This document shows positions 19,345 through 28,887 of a stretch of DNA of 64,000 nt, in pieces. Source of the stretch: an uncultured Cellvibrionales bacterium (GTDB lineage: Bacteria; Pseudomonadota; Gammaproteobacteria; Pseudomonadales; Cellvibrionaceae); assembly GCA_913020115.1 (NCBI GenBank), contig CAJWBQ010000009.1, forward strand, positions 38,184 to 102,183. The letters run 5' to 3'. The notes below the pieces were generated by a model that was given only the letters and a program-made list of their open reading frames with translations, was not told the DNA's origin and did no database searches. Both the position numbers and the translations under genes were made by a program. How positions within the stretch are numbered: position 1 is the stretch's first letter; each line of letters starts with the position of its first letter.

Positions 19345-20391
19345 TTATTTAGCGGCGTTATAAAAGAATTGATCGTTGCGCGCTTCCGCGACCGCCGCCA
19401 TTAATGTTTCAGCGTGAGCGGTATCGTCTTCATTCACTTCGTACTCTTCACGACGTATACCCAAGCGCTTAAACAACTGCATATCTTTGTTCGCTTCGGG
19501 GTTTGGAGTCGTCAGTAGTTTTTCGCCGTAAAATATTGAATTGGCACCCGCCATAAACGCCATCGCCTGCATTTGTTCATTCATTTCCTCACGGCCCGCT
19601 GACAGGCGAACGTGGGAGGCCGGCATCATAATGCGAGCCACAGCGACAGTGCGAATAAAGTCGAAAGGGTCCAAATCGGCTTGATCAGCCAGAGGGGTGC
19701 CCTCTACTTTCACTAACATATTGACCGGCACAGATTCCGGGTGCTGGGGCATATTGGCCAACTGCAACAACAAACCAGCGCGATCACCCTCATCCTCTCC
19801 CATACCCACAATGCCGCCACTGCATACTTTCATGCCCGACTCGCGAACATTACCTAAAGTGTCGAGGCGGTCTTGATAGGTGCGAGTGGTGATAATATCT
19901 CCGTAATATTCAGGAGAAGTGTCTAAATTGTGGTTGTAGTAATCTAGGCCCGCGTCAGAAAGCTCCTGAGCCTGCGCTTGATCCAACATACCCAAAGTCA
20001 TGCACGTTTCTAGACCTAAACTTTTCACACCCGCTACCATCGCGGTGACATAAGGCATATCTTTTTTCTTCGGAGAGCGCCATGCCGCACCCATACAGAA
20101 TCGAGTTGCGCCACTGGCTTTGGCCGCCTTAGCCTCCTCCAGCACGCTCTCGACTTTCATTAATTTTTCACGTTCAAGGCCAGTATCGTAGCGAGCACTT
20201 TGCGGACAATAAGCGCAGTCTTCTGGGCAGGCACCTGTTTTGATGGAGCAGAGGGTACTGATTTGCACCTGATTAGGGTCAAAGAACTGCCGATGCATTG
20301 TTTGCGCCTTGAACATCAAATCACTAAATGGGAGTTGAAATAGCGCATTCGCCTGGTCTCGGGTCCAATTGTGTCTAATCATATCGCTCAT
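19345..20391 (-). CDS. bioB: biotin synthase
   Basis: Radical SAM CxxxCxxC ([13 protein letters not shown]) and typical BioB motifs ([18 protein letters not shown]). Confidence 0.95.
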   Translation of the reverse strand: MSDMIRHNWTRDQANALFQLPFSDLMFKAQTMHRQFFDPNQVQISTLCSIKTGACPEDCAYCPQSARYDTGLEREKLMKVESVLEEAKAAKASGATRFCMGAAWRSPKKKDMPYVTAMVAGVKSLGLETCMTLGMLDQAQAQELSDAGLDYYNHNLDTSPEYYGDIITTRTYQDRLDTLGNVRESGMKVCSGGIVGMGEDEGDRAGLLLQLANMPQHPESVPVNMLVKVEGTPLADQADLDPFDFIRTVAVARIMMPASHVRLSAGREEMNEQMQAMAFMAGANSIFYGEKLLTTPNPEANKDMQLFKRLGIRREEYEVNEDDTAHAETLMAAVAEARNDQFFYNAAK

Positions 20392-20489
20392 AATAAGGTT
20401 CGCTCTGCTCTCGCTACTGCCGCTATAGCCGAGCTATAGTTAAGGCTGTGGGTATCGGAATTAGGCTATGATAACGGCAGATAATTATC

Positions 20490-20520
20490 TGTCAACCAAA
20501 GTGGCGCGCCGCGGTTAACT
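20490..20520. promoter_or_regulatory. BirA-type bio operator candidate
   Basis: TGTCAACC-N15-GGTTAACT, compared with the E. coli-type consensus TGTAAACC-N14-16-GGTTTACA (memory). It lies in the divergent bioB/comF intergenic region. An overlapping 14-bp perfect palindrome CAGATAATTATCTG occupies 20478-20491. Confidence 0.4.
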
Positions 20521-20521
20521 A

Positions 20522-21286
20522 ATGAAGATTCACAGACCATGCCTTTCTATCCTCGCCGACATCCGCGCAGGAATACTGCCAAGGCACTGCGCCCTATGCC
20601 AACAAACCATAAAATCTGACCAAACTCTGTGTTTTGGCTGCGAGACAGACCTGCCCTGGGCTCTAAGACCCTGCGAGCATTGTGGCGCACCCCTGCCACC
20701 CGAGACAGAAGAAGGCGCCTGCGGGTCTTGCTTACAGCACACTCTACCTTGGTCAACTCTGATTGCGCCTTGCCTCTATCAATGGCCAATCACTGAATTA
20801 GTAACCCGGTATAAATACAAGGGGGATTTACAGGCAGGCCAGGTCTTAGCGGTATTACTTGGCCAGCAGATCATTGAACGCTACGCGGGGAAAATGTTTC
20901 CCGACCTTTTGATACCCGTTCCCTTACATTGGCGACGCCGATGGCAGCGCGGCTTCAATCAAAGCGAATGGCTGGCGTTTCAAATTATACGTTATTGGCG
21001 CAGCTCGGCGGAGGCCACACCCGAGCAAAAATCTCTCGAAATAGCGAATAAAATTTGTCGACGGGTACGCTTCACCCCCAATCAACAAGGGCTCACCAAA
21101 CAGCAACGACGAGTGAATTTAACCGGCGCCTTTGAAATTCGAACAGAGCTAAAAAACAAGTCCGTTGCACTGCTCGATGATGTGGTGACAACGGGCAGTA
21201 CCGTATTAGAAATCAGCCACTTGCTTACCCGCGCTGGCGTCGCCAATATCGATATTTGGTGCTTATGCCGAACAGCAAAGCATTAA
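20522..21286 (+). CDS. comF: ComF family protein (phosphoribosyltransferase domain)
   Basis: N-terminal Cys pairs (CALC..CFGC, CEHCG..CGSC) form a zinc-finger-like region. The C-terminal PRT motif is ALLDDVVTTGST. Confidence 0.85.
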   Translation: MKIHRPCLSILADIRAGILPRHCALCQQTIKSDQTLCFGCETDLPWALRPCEHCGAPLPPETEEGACGSCLQHTLPWSTLIAPCLYQWPITELVTRYKYKGDLQAGQVLAVLLGQQIIERYAGKMFPDLLIPVPLHWRRRWQRGFNQSEWLAFQIIRYWRSSAEATPEQKSLEIANKICRRVRFTPNQQGLTKQQRRVNLTGAFEIRTELKNKSVALLDDVVTTGSTVLEISHLLTRAGVANIDIWCLCRTAKH

Positions 21287-21394
21287 GTATATCCCCCGAA
21301 AATATCGCCAATAAGCTTACATGAAGATCCATGCTGGAATAAGCTCGCCATTTGGGTGACAATTCACTCCCTTTACCCCTCAGCGGACACCTAT

Positions 21395-22528
21395 ATGAAT
21401 AATAATACCCACTCCGTTGTCATCAGTGGCGGCGGCCTCTGGACACCCGAGCACAGCATTAGCAACGAAGAATTGGTGGCCTCTTACAACGCCTATGCCG
21501 AAAAATACAATGCCGAAAACGCAGCCCAAATCACCGCCGGCGAACTCAGCGAAAAACCGCTCTCAAGTGCCGAGTTTGTCGCTAAAGCCTCAGGCATCAA
21601 AAGTCGTTTTGCCTACTACAAAGATGGCGTGCTCGAGATTGACCGCATGCGCCCTCGGATCCCCGAGCGCGCGGACGATGAATTGTCGCACCAAGCTGAA
21701 ATGGCTCTTAAAGCAGCCCGAATTGCATTAAAGGAGGCCAACAAAGACCCCAGTGAAATTGATGCTGTCATTGTTTCTTGTGCTTATACGCAAAGGTCTT
21801 ACCCTGCGATCGCCATTGAAGTACAAAACGAGCTAGGCATTCAAGGTTTCGGCTTTGACATGCTCGTCGCTTGCTCTGCTGCAACGTTTGCGCTTCAACG
21901 CGCTTACGAAATGGTGGCCGCAGGCACTGCGAAATGTGTACTCGCTATCAACCCGGAGCTGACATCACCTCAGGTAAACTACTGTGATCGCGACAGCCAT
22001 TTCATCTTCGGCGATGTGGCAACGGCAACCGTGATTGAAAGTGCAAGCACCTGCACTTCTGAGCACAGCTACGACATTCTCAATACCAAAGCGGTAACCA
22101 GCTTCTCAAATAACATTCGCTCAAATTTTGGCTATGTTGCCCGCGCTGAAGACAGTGACCCACTGGCCGACGACAAGCTCTTCCACCAAGAGGGCCGCAA
22201 GGTTTTTAAAGAAGTGTGCCCTATGGCCGCAGAACACATTCGCAGTCAATTAGAGAGTCAGGATATTGAGATTGATAGCGTTAAGCGCTGGTGGTTACAT
22301 CAGGCCAATATCAACATGAATACCCTAATCACCAAAAAATTGCTCGGCCGCGCACCCTCTCTAGAGGAAGCACCTATTGTTCTGGATCGCTACGCCAACA
22401 CCGCTTCTGCGGGCTCGCTGATCGCGTTTAACCTTCACCACAAAGACCTTAAACAAGGTGATTTGGGTGTTGTGTGTTCCTTTGGCGCAGGTTATTCCAT
22501 TGGCAGTTTGGTCTTGCGAAAACGATAA
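21395..22528 (+). CDS. beta-ketoacyl-ACP synthase III (FabH-like, long form)
   Basis: Cys-His-Asn triad context: LVACSAATFAL, WWLHQANINM, YANTASAGS. Start trimmed to the ATG at 21395 (MNNNTHSVVISGGG). Confidence 0.85.
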   Translation: MNNNTHSVVISGGGLWTPEHSISNEELVASYNAYAEKYNAENAAQITAGELSEKPLSSAEFVAKASGIKSRFAYYKDGVLEIDRMRPRIPERADDELSHQAEMALKAARIALKEANKDPSEIDAVIVSCAYTQRSYPAIAIEVQNELGIQGFGFDMLVACSAATFALQRAYEMVAAGTAKCVLAINPELTSPQVNYCDRDSHFIFGDVATATVIESASTCTSEHSYDILNTKAVTSFSNNIRSNFGYVARAEDSDPLADDKLFHQEGRKVFKEVCPMAAEHIRSQLESQDIEIDSVKRWWLHQANINMNTLITKKLLGRAPSLEEAPIVLDRYANTASAGSLIAFNLHHKDLKQGDLGVVCSFGAGYSIGSLVLRKR

Positions 22529-23514
22529 TGGATGACGCTGGCCACCCCTATGAACGTCTAAGTCCCGATGTGGTGATAGACGCTGTGGAAAGTCGTGGCT
22601 ACCTGAGCGACGCGCGGATTTTAGCCTTGAACAGCTACGAAAACCGCGTTTATCAAGTGGGGATTGAGGATCAAACCCCCATCATCGCCAAGTTTTACCG
22701 CCCCGGGCGTTGGCAAGACGAACAAATATTGGAAGAACACCAGTTCACCGCTCAGTTACTGGACTTGGAAGTATCGGTGGTGCCACCACTAGCTGACGAA
22801 CAGGGCTGTACCCTGTTTACTTTTAATGATTTTCGTTTTTCACTCTACTTACGCCAAGGTGGGCAAGCGCCGGAACTCGATAATTTCGATCACCTCCTGA
22901 CTATTGGCCGGGTCATTGCGCGCATGCATGCCTTCGGCAAAATAAGCCACTTCAAACATCGCCCAGCACTGGATATCCAAAGTTACGCCATTAACAGCGC
23001 CAAATACCTCATGAGCAGTGGCTTTATTCCCGCTTCATTGGAGGAGGCCTATCGCACCCTCAGCCGGGACCTCATTGCCAAAGTTGAAAGCGCCTTTGCC
23101 AGGGTAGACTACACCCCCATACGCATACACGGCGACTGTCACCCAGGCAATATACTTTGGCGTCACGATGCCCCGCATTTTGTCGATTTTGACGATGCAC
23201 GCAATGGCCCAGCCATTCAAGATTTGTGGATGCTTTTGTCTGGCGACCGCCAACAGAAAACTGAGCAAATTTCCGAAGTGTTGGAAGGTTACCGAGAATT
23301 TTGCGACTTTAATCTAGCTGAACTAGCTTTGATTGAGCCGCTGAGAACCCTTCGTATTATGCACTACAGCGCTTGGCTAGCACGCCGCTGGCACGATCCA
23401 GCTTTCCCCATGACCTTCCCGTGGTTTAACACTGAGCGCTATTGGGCCGAGCATATTCTGGAACTTCGCGAGCAAATGGCCGCCTTAGATGAACCGAGCC
23501 TGGCCATATTTTAG
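22528..23514 (+). CDS. srkA: stress response serine/threonine kinase SrkA (YihE/RdoA family)
   Basis: LNSYENRVYQV, KFYRPGRW and HGDCHPGNILW motifs. The ATG overlaps the KAS III stop (TAATG). Confidence 0.85.
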   Translation: MDDAGHPYERLSPDVVIDAVESRGYLSDARILALNSYENRVYQVGIEDQTPIIAKFYRPGRWQDEQILEEHQFTAQLLDLEVSVVPPLADEQGCTLFTFNDFRFSLYLRQGGQAPELDNFDHLLTIGRVIARMHAFGKISHFKHRPALDIQSYAINSAKYLMSSGFIPASLEEAYRTLSRDLIAKVESAFARVDYTPIRIHGDCHPGNILWRHDAPHFVDFDDARNGPAIQDLWMLLSGDRQQKTEQISEVLEGYREFCDFNLAELALIEPLRTLRIMHYSAWLARRWHDPAFPMTFPWFNTERYWAEHILELREQMAALDEPSLAIF

Positions 23515-23526
23515 GAGCAGCCCATT

Positions 23527-24339
23527 ATGAATACCGAAAACAGCACAGACCCCCTATGGCAAGAAATTCGCCGAGAAATTCGCTGCCAGGCAGAGGCAGA
23601 GCCTATTTTGGCCAGCTTCTTCCACGCCACCATCCTCAACCATGACACTCTTGAGGACGCGCTAAGCTTCCATTTAGCAAACAAACTCAACAGTGTCACA
23701 GCGCCCGCTATGCTAATCCGAGAGATTATTTCCGAGGCACTCGCCGACGACGCCGGCATAGGCATCGCCGTGCGCCAGGACCTGCGCGCCTTCGATACGC
23801 GCGACTCGGCCTGCTGCTCAAAAGCTACGCCACTGCTCTACTACAAGGGCTTTCACGCCCTACAAGCCTACCGAATTGCAAATTGGCTGTGGCGACATCA
23901 GCGAGAGACCTTAGCGCTGTTTATTCAAAATCGTATCTCAGAAGTGTTTGGGGTAGATATTCACCCCGCTGCGCGAATAGGTAAGGGAATATTACTCGAC
24001 CACGCTACAGGTCTTGTGATTGGCGAAACGGCAGTCGTAGAAGACAACGTTTCAATCATGCACGCAGTGACCCTTGGCGGTACCGGCAAGGAGATTGGCG
24101 ACAGACATCCAAAAATTCGCGAAGATGTTCTGATCAGCGCAGGGGCGAAAATACTCGGTAATATTGAAGTAGGAAAAGGCGCTAAAGTGGGAGCTGGCAG
24201 CGTTGTGCTTAAACCTGTAGACGCACATACCACCGTTTCTGGGGTGCCGGCAAAAGCCATTGGCAAACCGGTGTCGGCGCAGCCGTCAGCCGATATGAAC
24301 CATCAAATCAGTTGCGATATGAAGTGCGAAAAATTATAA
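23527..24339 (+). CDS. cysE: serine O-acetyltransferase
   Basis: N-terminal SATase helical domain plus hexapeptide repeats (VDIHPAARIGKGILLDHATGLVIGETAVV, GGTGKE..DRHPKI). Confidence 0.9.
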   Translation: MNTENSTDPLWQEIRREIRCQAEAEPILASFFHATILNHDTLEDALSFHLANKLNSVTAPAMLIREIISEALADDAGIGIAVRQDLRAFDTRDSACCSKATPLLYYKGFHALQAYRIANWLWRHQRETLALFIQNRISEVFGVDIHPAARIGKGILLDHATGLVIGETAVVEDNVSIMHAVTLGGTGKEIGDRHPKIREDVLISAGAKILGNIEVGKGAKVGAGSVVLKPVDAHTTVSGVPAKAIGKPVSAQPSADMNHQISCDMKCEKL

Positions 24340-25296
24340 GCGATCAAAGGGGAATGTAATCACATCCCCTATTTTTTCCTCTGCGCCCATCTGCATCAAT
24401 AGGCGGTCTACACCCAAGGCGACGCCTGCACACTCCGGCAGGCCCGATTGTAATGCCGCCATCAATTTATTGTCCAAGGGACATACAGGCAAACCCATAC
24501 GCCCGCGCACAGCCAAATCACATTCAAAGCGCCGAGCCTGCTCTTCAGCATCGGTGAGCTCCCAGTATCCATTCGCCAATTCCATACCGTTGACATAAGC
24601 CTCAAAACGCCGGGCAACCGGCGTGCCGGTTTCGTCGATCTCCACCTTGGCAAGTGCCGCTTGGCTGGCGGGGTAATCGTAAATGAATACAAGCCCCTGC
24701 CCTAGTTGTGGTTCAATACAGTGAGTCATCAACAAATCTAGCCAAATGTCTCGATCAGAATCCTGCCAATCTAGATCAATGTTTTGACGCGCGCATTGTT
24801 GCAATTTTTCCATGCTGGCCGTATGTGGGTCAAAGCCCAGATGCTGCACAAACAGGTCTCGATAAGAACGGCGTGATACGGAGGAAAAAGTGAGTAGCTC
24901 TGTTAACAAGCTTTCTAGTTCGTCCATCAAGCGATGATCGTCAAAGCCCGGTCGGTACCACTCAAGCATAGTAAATTCTGGGTTGTGGCGATGGCCCGCC
25001 TCCCCCTGTCGAAAAGCCTTTCCCAAGGAGTAGATGGCACCGCTGCCCGCTGCGAGTAGGCGCTTCATGAAGTATTCAGGGGAAGTTTGCAGATAATGCT
25101 CATTATCGACCGCGCCTGACAACACATTGCCAACAGTAATCGACTCGATATGAGGGTCACTCACCGAAGCGGCACCGATAAGCGGTACATCAACCTCTAG
25201 AATATCTCTGCTCGCAAAAAAACGACGAAGGCGAGCATATAAATCAGCTCGCCTTCGCAGAGTGAGGAGTGAAGCGCCTGGGCGCCAAACCTGCAT
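24334..25296 (-). CDS. epmA: EF-P lysine aminoacylase EpmA (PoxA/GenX)
   Basis: Truncated class II LysRS paralogue: LQTSPEYFMKRLL, FRQGEAGHRHNPEFTMLEWY, GVALGVDRL. 320 aa. Confidence 0.9.
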   Translation of the reverse strand: MQVWRPGASLLTLRRRADLYARLRRFFASRDILEVDVPLIGAASVSDPHIESITVGNVLSGAVDNEHYLQTSPEYFMKRLLAAGSGAIYSLGKAFRQGEAGHRHNPEFTMLEWYRPGFDDHRLMDELESLLTELLTFSSVSRRSYRDLFVQHLGFDPHTASMEKLQQCARQNIDLDWQDSDRDIWLDLLMTHCIEPQLGQGLVFIYDYPASQAALAKVEIDETGTPVARRFEAYVNGMELANGYWELTDAEEQARRFECDLAVRGRMGLPVCPLDNKLMAALQSGLPECAGVALGVDRLLMQMGAEEKIGDVITFPFDRL

Positions 25297-25308
25297 CGTA
25301 GTATGCCG

Positions 25309-25878
25309 CTAGTCTTTGGCGCGACCTAGGTATTCACCTGTGCGTGTATCAACTCGCACAACTTCACCGGTCTCGAGAAATAAAGGCACTTTAATGACCG
25401 CTCCGGAAGCCAGCGTGGCCGGCTTAGTGCCGCCCTGAGCCGTATCACCTTTTAGGCCGGGATCCGTTTCACTGATGGTTAATTCAACGTGGTTGCCAGC
25501 AGTTACTGCTAGAGGCGCGCCGTTATACAAAGTGACGACGCAGGTGTCTTGCTCTTTCAACCACTTGTAAGTGTCACCTACTGCGGTTTTATCGGCCTGA
25601 TGTTGATCAAAAGTATTTGGCTCCATAAAGTGGTAAAATTCACCATCGTTATAGAGATACTCCATGTCGATATCGAGAACATCAGCCGCCTCGAGAGATT
25701 CACCTGACTTAAATGTACGATCCCAGACTCGCCCAGATCTCAAGTTGCGCAAACGCACTCTATTGAATGCTTGGCCTTTACCGGGCTTCACAAATTCATT
25801 GTCCAAAATGGAACAGGGGTCCCCGTCCAACATCACCTTAAGACCGCCGCGGAATTCGCTGGTATTATAGCTAGCCAT
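25309..25878 (-). CDS. efp: elongation factor P
   Basis: Start trimmed to [21 protein letters not shown]. The KPGKGQAF loop carries the conserved Lys. 189 aa. The upstream part of the 265-aa track ORF is non-coding. Confidence 0.95.
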   Translation of the reverse strand: MASYNTSEFRGGLKVMLDGDPCSILDNEFVKPGKGQAFNRVRLRNLRSGRVWDRTFKSGESLEAADVLDIDMEYLYNDGEFYHFMEPNTFDQHQADKTAVGDTYKWLKEQDTCVVTLYNGAPLAVTAGNHVELTISETDPGLKGDTAQGGTKPATLASGAVIKVPLFLETGEVVRVDTRTGEYLGRAKD

Positions 25879-25918
25879 TATTCCCTCATTTACTATTACA
25901 TGGATATACAAAAGCGCA

Positions 25919-26923
25919 ATGATACCCCGAACCGTGCCCACATGGCAGCACCCACGCTGGCAAGATGAGTTGGCCGACCTAATTAAGGACCCCAGAGAGC
26001 TTTTTGAGCTCTTAGAACTCGATCTGAATTTGCTGCCAGCAGCCACTTTGGCCCACGCCGACTTTGCGCTGAGAGTGCCGCGGGCCTTCGTTCGGCGAAT
26101 GGGCAAAGGGGACCCTAGTGACCCATTGTTAATGCAGGTTTTACCTCTTGGTGAAGAGCTAGATACAAGTCCAGGGTATCAGCACGACCCCGTTGGGGAC
26201 CTAGACGCCAACCCGGTACCTGGCCTCATACACAAATATCACGGCCGCGTTCTACTAGTGGCGGCCGGCAATTGCGCCATCAACTGCCGCTACTGCTTTC
26301 GGCGTCACTTCCCTTATCAGGACAACCAGCCAAACCGCAAGCAGTGGCAGGCCGCTGTGGACTACATTGCGGCCGACCCTAGCATCACTGAAGTCATCTA
26401 CAGTGGAGGCGACCCCCTAGCTCTGGCAAACAAACAATTGCGCTGGCTAACTGAAACCATCAGCGAGATACCCCACGTGCAAAGATTGCGTGTTCATACA
26501 CGATTGCCCGTGGTGGCACCTTCAAGAATTGACGACGAATGCCTTGAATGGCTAAGCCAACATCGCCTGCAAACCGTCGTAGTGCTGCATATTAACCACG
26601 CGCAAGAGATCGACGACGAGGTGCGTTATAGCCTTCAGCGCCTTCAGCAGGCCGGCATTACCCTGCTTAATCAAACGGTGTTGCTACGCGGCGTCAACAA
26701 CAACATCGACGCTCTATGCGAACTCAGTGAAACCCTGTTTCAAGCAGGTGTGTTACCCTACTACCTCCATTTGTTGGACAAAGTCGCTGGAGCGCAACAT
26801 TTTGACGTGCCGACAGAGCAAGCGAAACAGCTGCGAGAGTTAATGCTAAATCGACTGCCGGGATACTTGGTGCCGAAATTTGTACAAGAAATTGCGGGAA
26901 AACCTTCGAAAGTGCCTTTATAA
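25919..26923 (+). CDS. epmB: EF-P beta-lysylation protein EpmB (lysine 2,3-aminomutase-like radical SAM)
   Basis: [11 protein letters not shown] radical-SAM cluster motif. Typical YjeK length. Divergent from efp. Confidence 0.9.
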   Translation: MIPRTVPTWQHPRWQDELADLIKDPRELFELLELDLNLLPAATLAHADFALRVPRAFVRRMGKGDPSDPLLMQVLPLGEELDTSPGYQHDPVGDLDANPVPGLIHKYHGRVLLVAAGNCAINCRYCFRRHFPYQDNQPNRKQWQAAVDYIAADPSITEVIYSGGDPLALANKQLRWLTETISEIPHVQRLRVHTRLPVVAPSRIDDECLEWLSQHRLQTVVVLHINHAQEIDDEVRYSLQRLQQAGITLLNQTVLLRGVNNNIDALCELSETLFQAGVLPYYLHLLDKVAGAQHFDVPTEQAKQLRELMLNRLPGYLVPKFVQEIAGKPSKVPL

Positions 26924-27018
26924 CATTCCATTTAAGGCACTATTCCTCCTATAATTGTAATTATACGAAGAAGATTAGGCGTTAGCTTACGCACAGCATT
27001 TATGGCCATAAATACACA

Positions 27019-28860
27019 ATGAGTTTAGACCCTGTAAAAGTTTTTCAGCGTATTCAATTGCCGCCTCAAGACATCGACACTTTGATGTATTGCCGCAGCA
27101 ACAAACCTGCACAGGTAAAAAAATGGGCCGAGGCACTGCCGGCAACCCAAATTCAGAAAACTAGCTCCCTGCTTTACAAAGCACTCCCTGAAATCGCCCG
27201 TTTGAAAACAGACCCCCAAAGCCGCCTGCTTATGCTTGAAAGCTTAAGGCCCTACGTTCAGTCTTGTATAGAGGGCCTAAGTAAAGACTTTCTGAATAAG
27301 CCCCTAATTTTACCCGACGACGCCGTCAAATCAGCCACCATCGCTCAAGCTCTGCAAAAGCACATGACAGCAGCCTATGAAGTAGCCGCCCGAGAATTGT
27401 GCCTAAACGACAAGGCGGCAAACGCCAAACAACAACAGATGCTCACCCAGGCTTTGCATAGAGCTATTTCGGGTTTAGGCCTGCAATTGATGCGCAGCTA
27501 CCAACTCTATATCCCCATTCAGGGGCAGCTCTGGGTGCAGCTTCACGGTCTTTATCAGTTGGCAGAGCATTGGGAATGCACCTCTACCACGATCATGGAC
27601 AGCACTTTAATACACTCTACCGGCTGCTCAATTCAGCAAGCCTATTTGAGAGTTTTGCTCTTAGCCACTGCGCGCCCAAACCAATTGCGGCAAATAGAGG
27701 TTAACGCAATTTATAGCGCTTTGGAGCTTTGGGCTGTGAACAGCGACTTGATAAGCGGCACTAATGATCGCGATAATTTGTTTGTGACAAACTTATCCAG
27801 CGACCAGGCGCCCATTTACAAAAGCCGCTTTCAAGGAAAAGAAGGTGACGACATTCGAGAGCTGGATACTCGCAGGCTCATTACCGCGATCAAGAAACAT
27901 GCAGCTAAAGTAAGCCCAGAGCAGAAAAAACAGTTAATCGATATTAATCCCGGTTTACTCAATCATCTGGAAAATGCCTGGAGCGTCAGCCGTCAAAGAA
28001 ACTTTGAACGGCGCCTCAGCCAGGGTGAGTTGGAAGTAACCGTTGGCTTGAGCAACCTGCACTTTCATCTAGCCGATCAGACTTCTTTTAAAGATTTATT
28101 ACTTGCCGATGACCGGAAAAATGTCATGCGCGCCAGTCTCGATGACGCTTTTGGCGCAAAACCACTGAGCTCCGAGGTAGACCCCTGGGCTCAGTCTTTT
28201 GACGCTGGCGGCACTCACCTCATCAATAGCAAAATTGCGAACCGCTCAGACAGCGAGAAAAAAGAAGCTTCTTCAACACTTCATCCCATTGCCACCATTG
28301 TGATTATGGACACCAGCCCAGGCGGCTACTGCCTGAACTGGGAGGACAACATCCCAAAGCAAGTGCGAGCCGGTGAAGTTATAGGCTTGCGCGAACCCGG
28401 AAGACGAACGTGGAGCATTGCCCTGATTCGCTGGGTGAGCCAATCAAAAGGTGCCAGCCAACTGGGCATACAAGTACTGTCTCCACAAGCCCAAGCTGTA
28501 GGCGCCTCCGTTATCTATAAGACGGGGGACAAGTCGGAATTTTTGCGTGCCCTGCTTTTACCTGAGGTGAAAACCATTAACCAACCCGCAAGCTTACTAA
28601 CGGCGACTGTGCCATTCTATGATCAAGCTAAGATAACGCTAAATGATAAAGGTGAGGAACGAAAAGCTCAGTTGGTCAATCAGTTACTCACCACAGGCAC
28701 CGTCGCGCAATTTTCTTTTCGCGAATTAGAGAATTCAGACAAAAGAAGTAAAAAAGCAGAATCAGGAAGCAAAAGATCAGCACCCAAAAATGAAAGGGTT
28801 CCCGAAAAACGCAGCCCAAGCAAACCAGACTTTGACGATTTTGACTCTCTCTGGGATTAA
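27019..28860 (+). CDS. hypothetical protein with C-terminal PilZ-like region
   Basis: 613 aa. DTSPGG (nt 28309-28326) fits the DxSxxG half of the PilZ signature inside a beta-rich segment, but I see no RxxxR upstream. The basic Ser/Lys tail ends in DFDDFDSLWD. It lies immediately upstream of the FimX-like gene. Confidence 0.55.
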   Translation: MSLDPVKVFQRIQLPPQDIDTLMYCRSNKPAQVKKWAEALPATQIQKTSSLLYKALPEIARLKTDPQSRLLMLESLRPYVQSCIEGLSKDFLNKPLILPDDAVKSATIAQALQKHMTAAYEVAARELCLNDKAANAKQQQMLTQALHRAISGLGLQLMRSYQLYIPIQGQLWVQLHGLYQLAEHWECTSTTIMDSTLIHSTGCSIQQAYLRVLLLATARPNQLRQIEVNAIYSALELWAVNSDLISGTNDRDNLFVTNLSSDQAPIYKSRFQGKEGDDIRELDTRRLITAIKKHAAKVSPEQKKQLIDINPGLLNHLENAWSVSRQRNFERRLSQGELEVTVGLSNLHFHLADQTSFKDLLLADDRKNVMRASLDDAFGAKPLSSEVDPWAQSFDAGGTHLINSKIANRSDSEKKEASSTLHPIATIVIMDTSPGGYCLNWEDNIPKQVRAGEVIGLREPGRRTWSIALIRWVSQSKGASQLGIQVLSPQAQAVGASVIYKTGDKSEFLRALLLPEVKTINQPASLLTATVPFYDQAKITLNDKGEERKAQLVNQLLTTGTVAQFSFRELENSDKRSKKAESGSKRSAPKNERVPEKRSPSKPDFDDFDSLWD

Positions 28861-28887
28861 TAATCAGCCTTACAAAATGATGAAACT

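Noticed and set aside
25879-26106. 76-codon N-terminal extension of the efp ORF (the track gives 265 aa)
   Set aside because: The extension is Ser/Lys/Arg-rich with no similarity to EF-P. It runs across the divergent epmB promoter and 5' coding region. The canonical EF-P N-terminus begins at the ATG at 25878.
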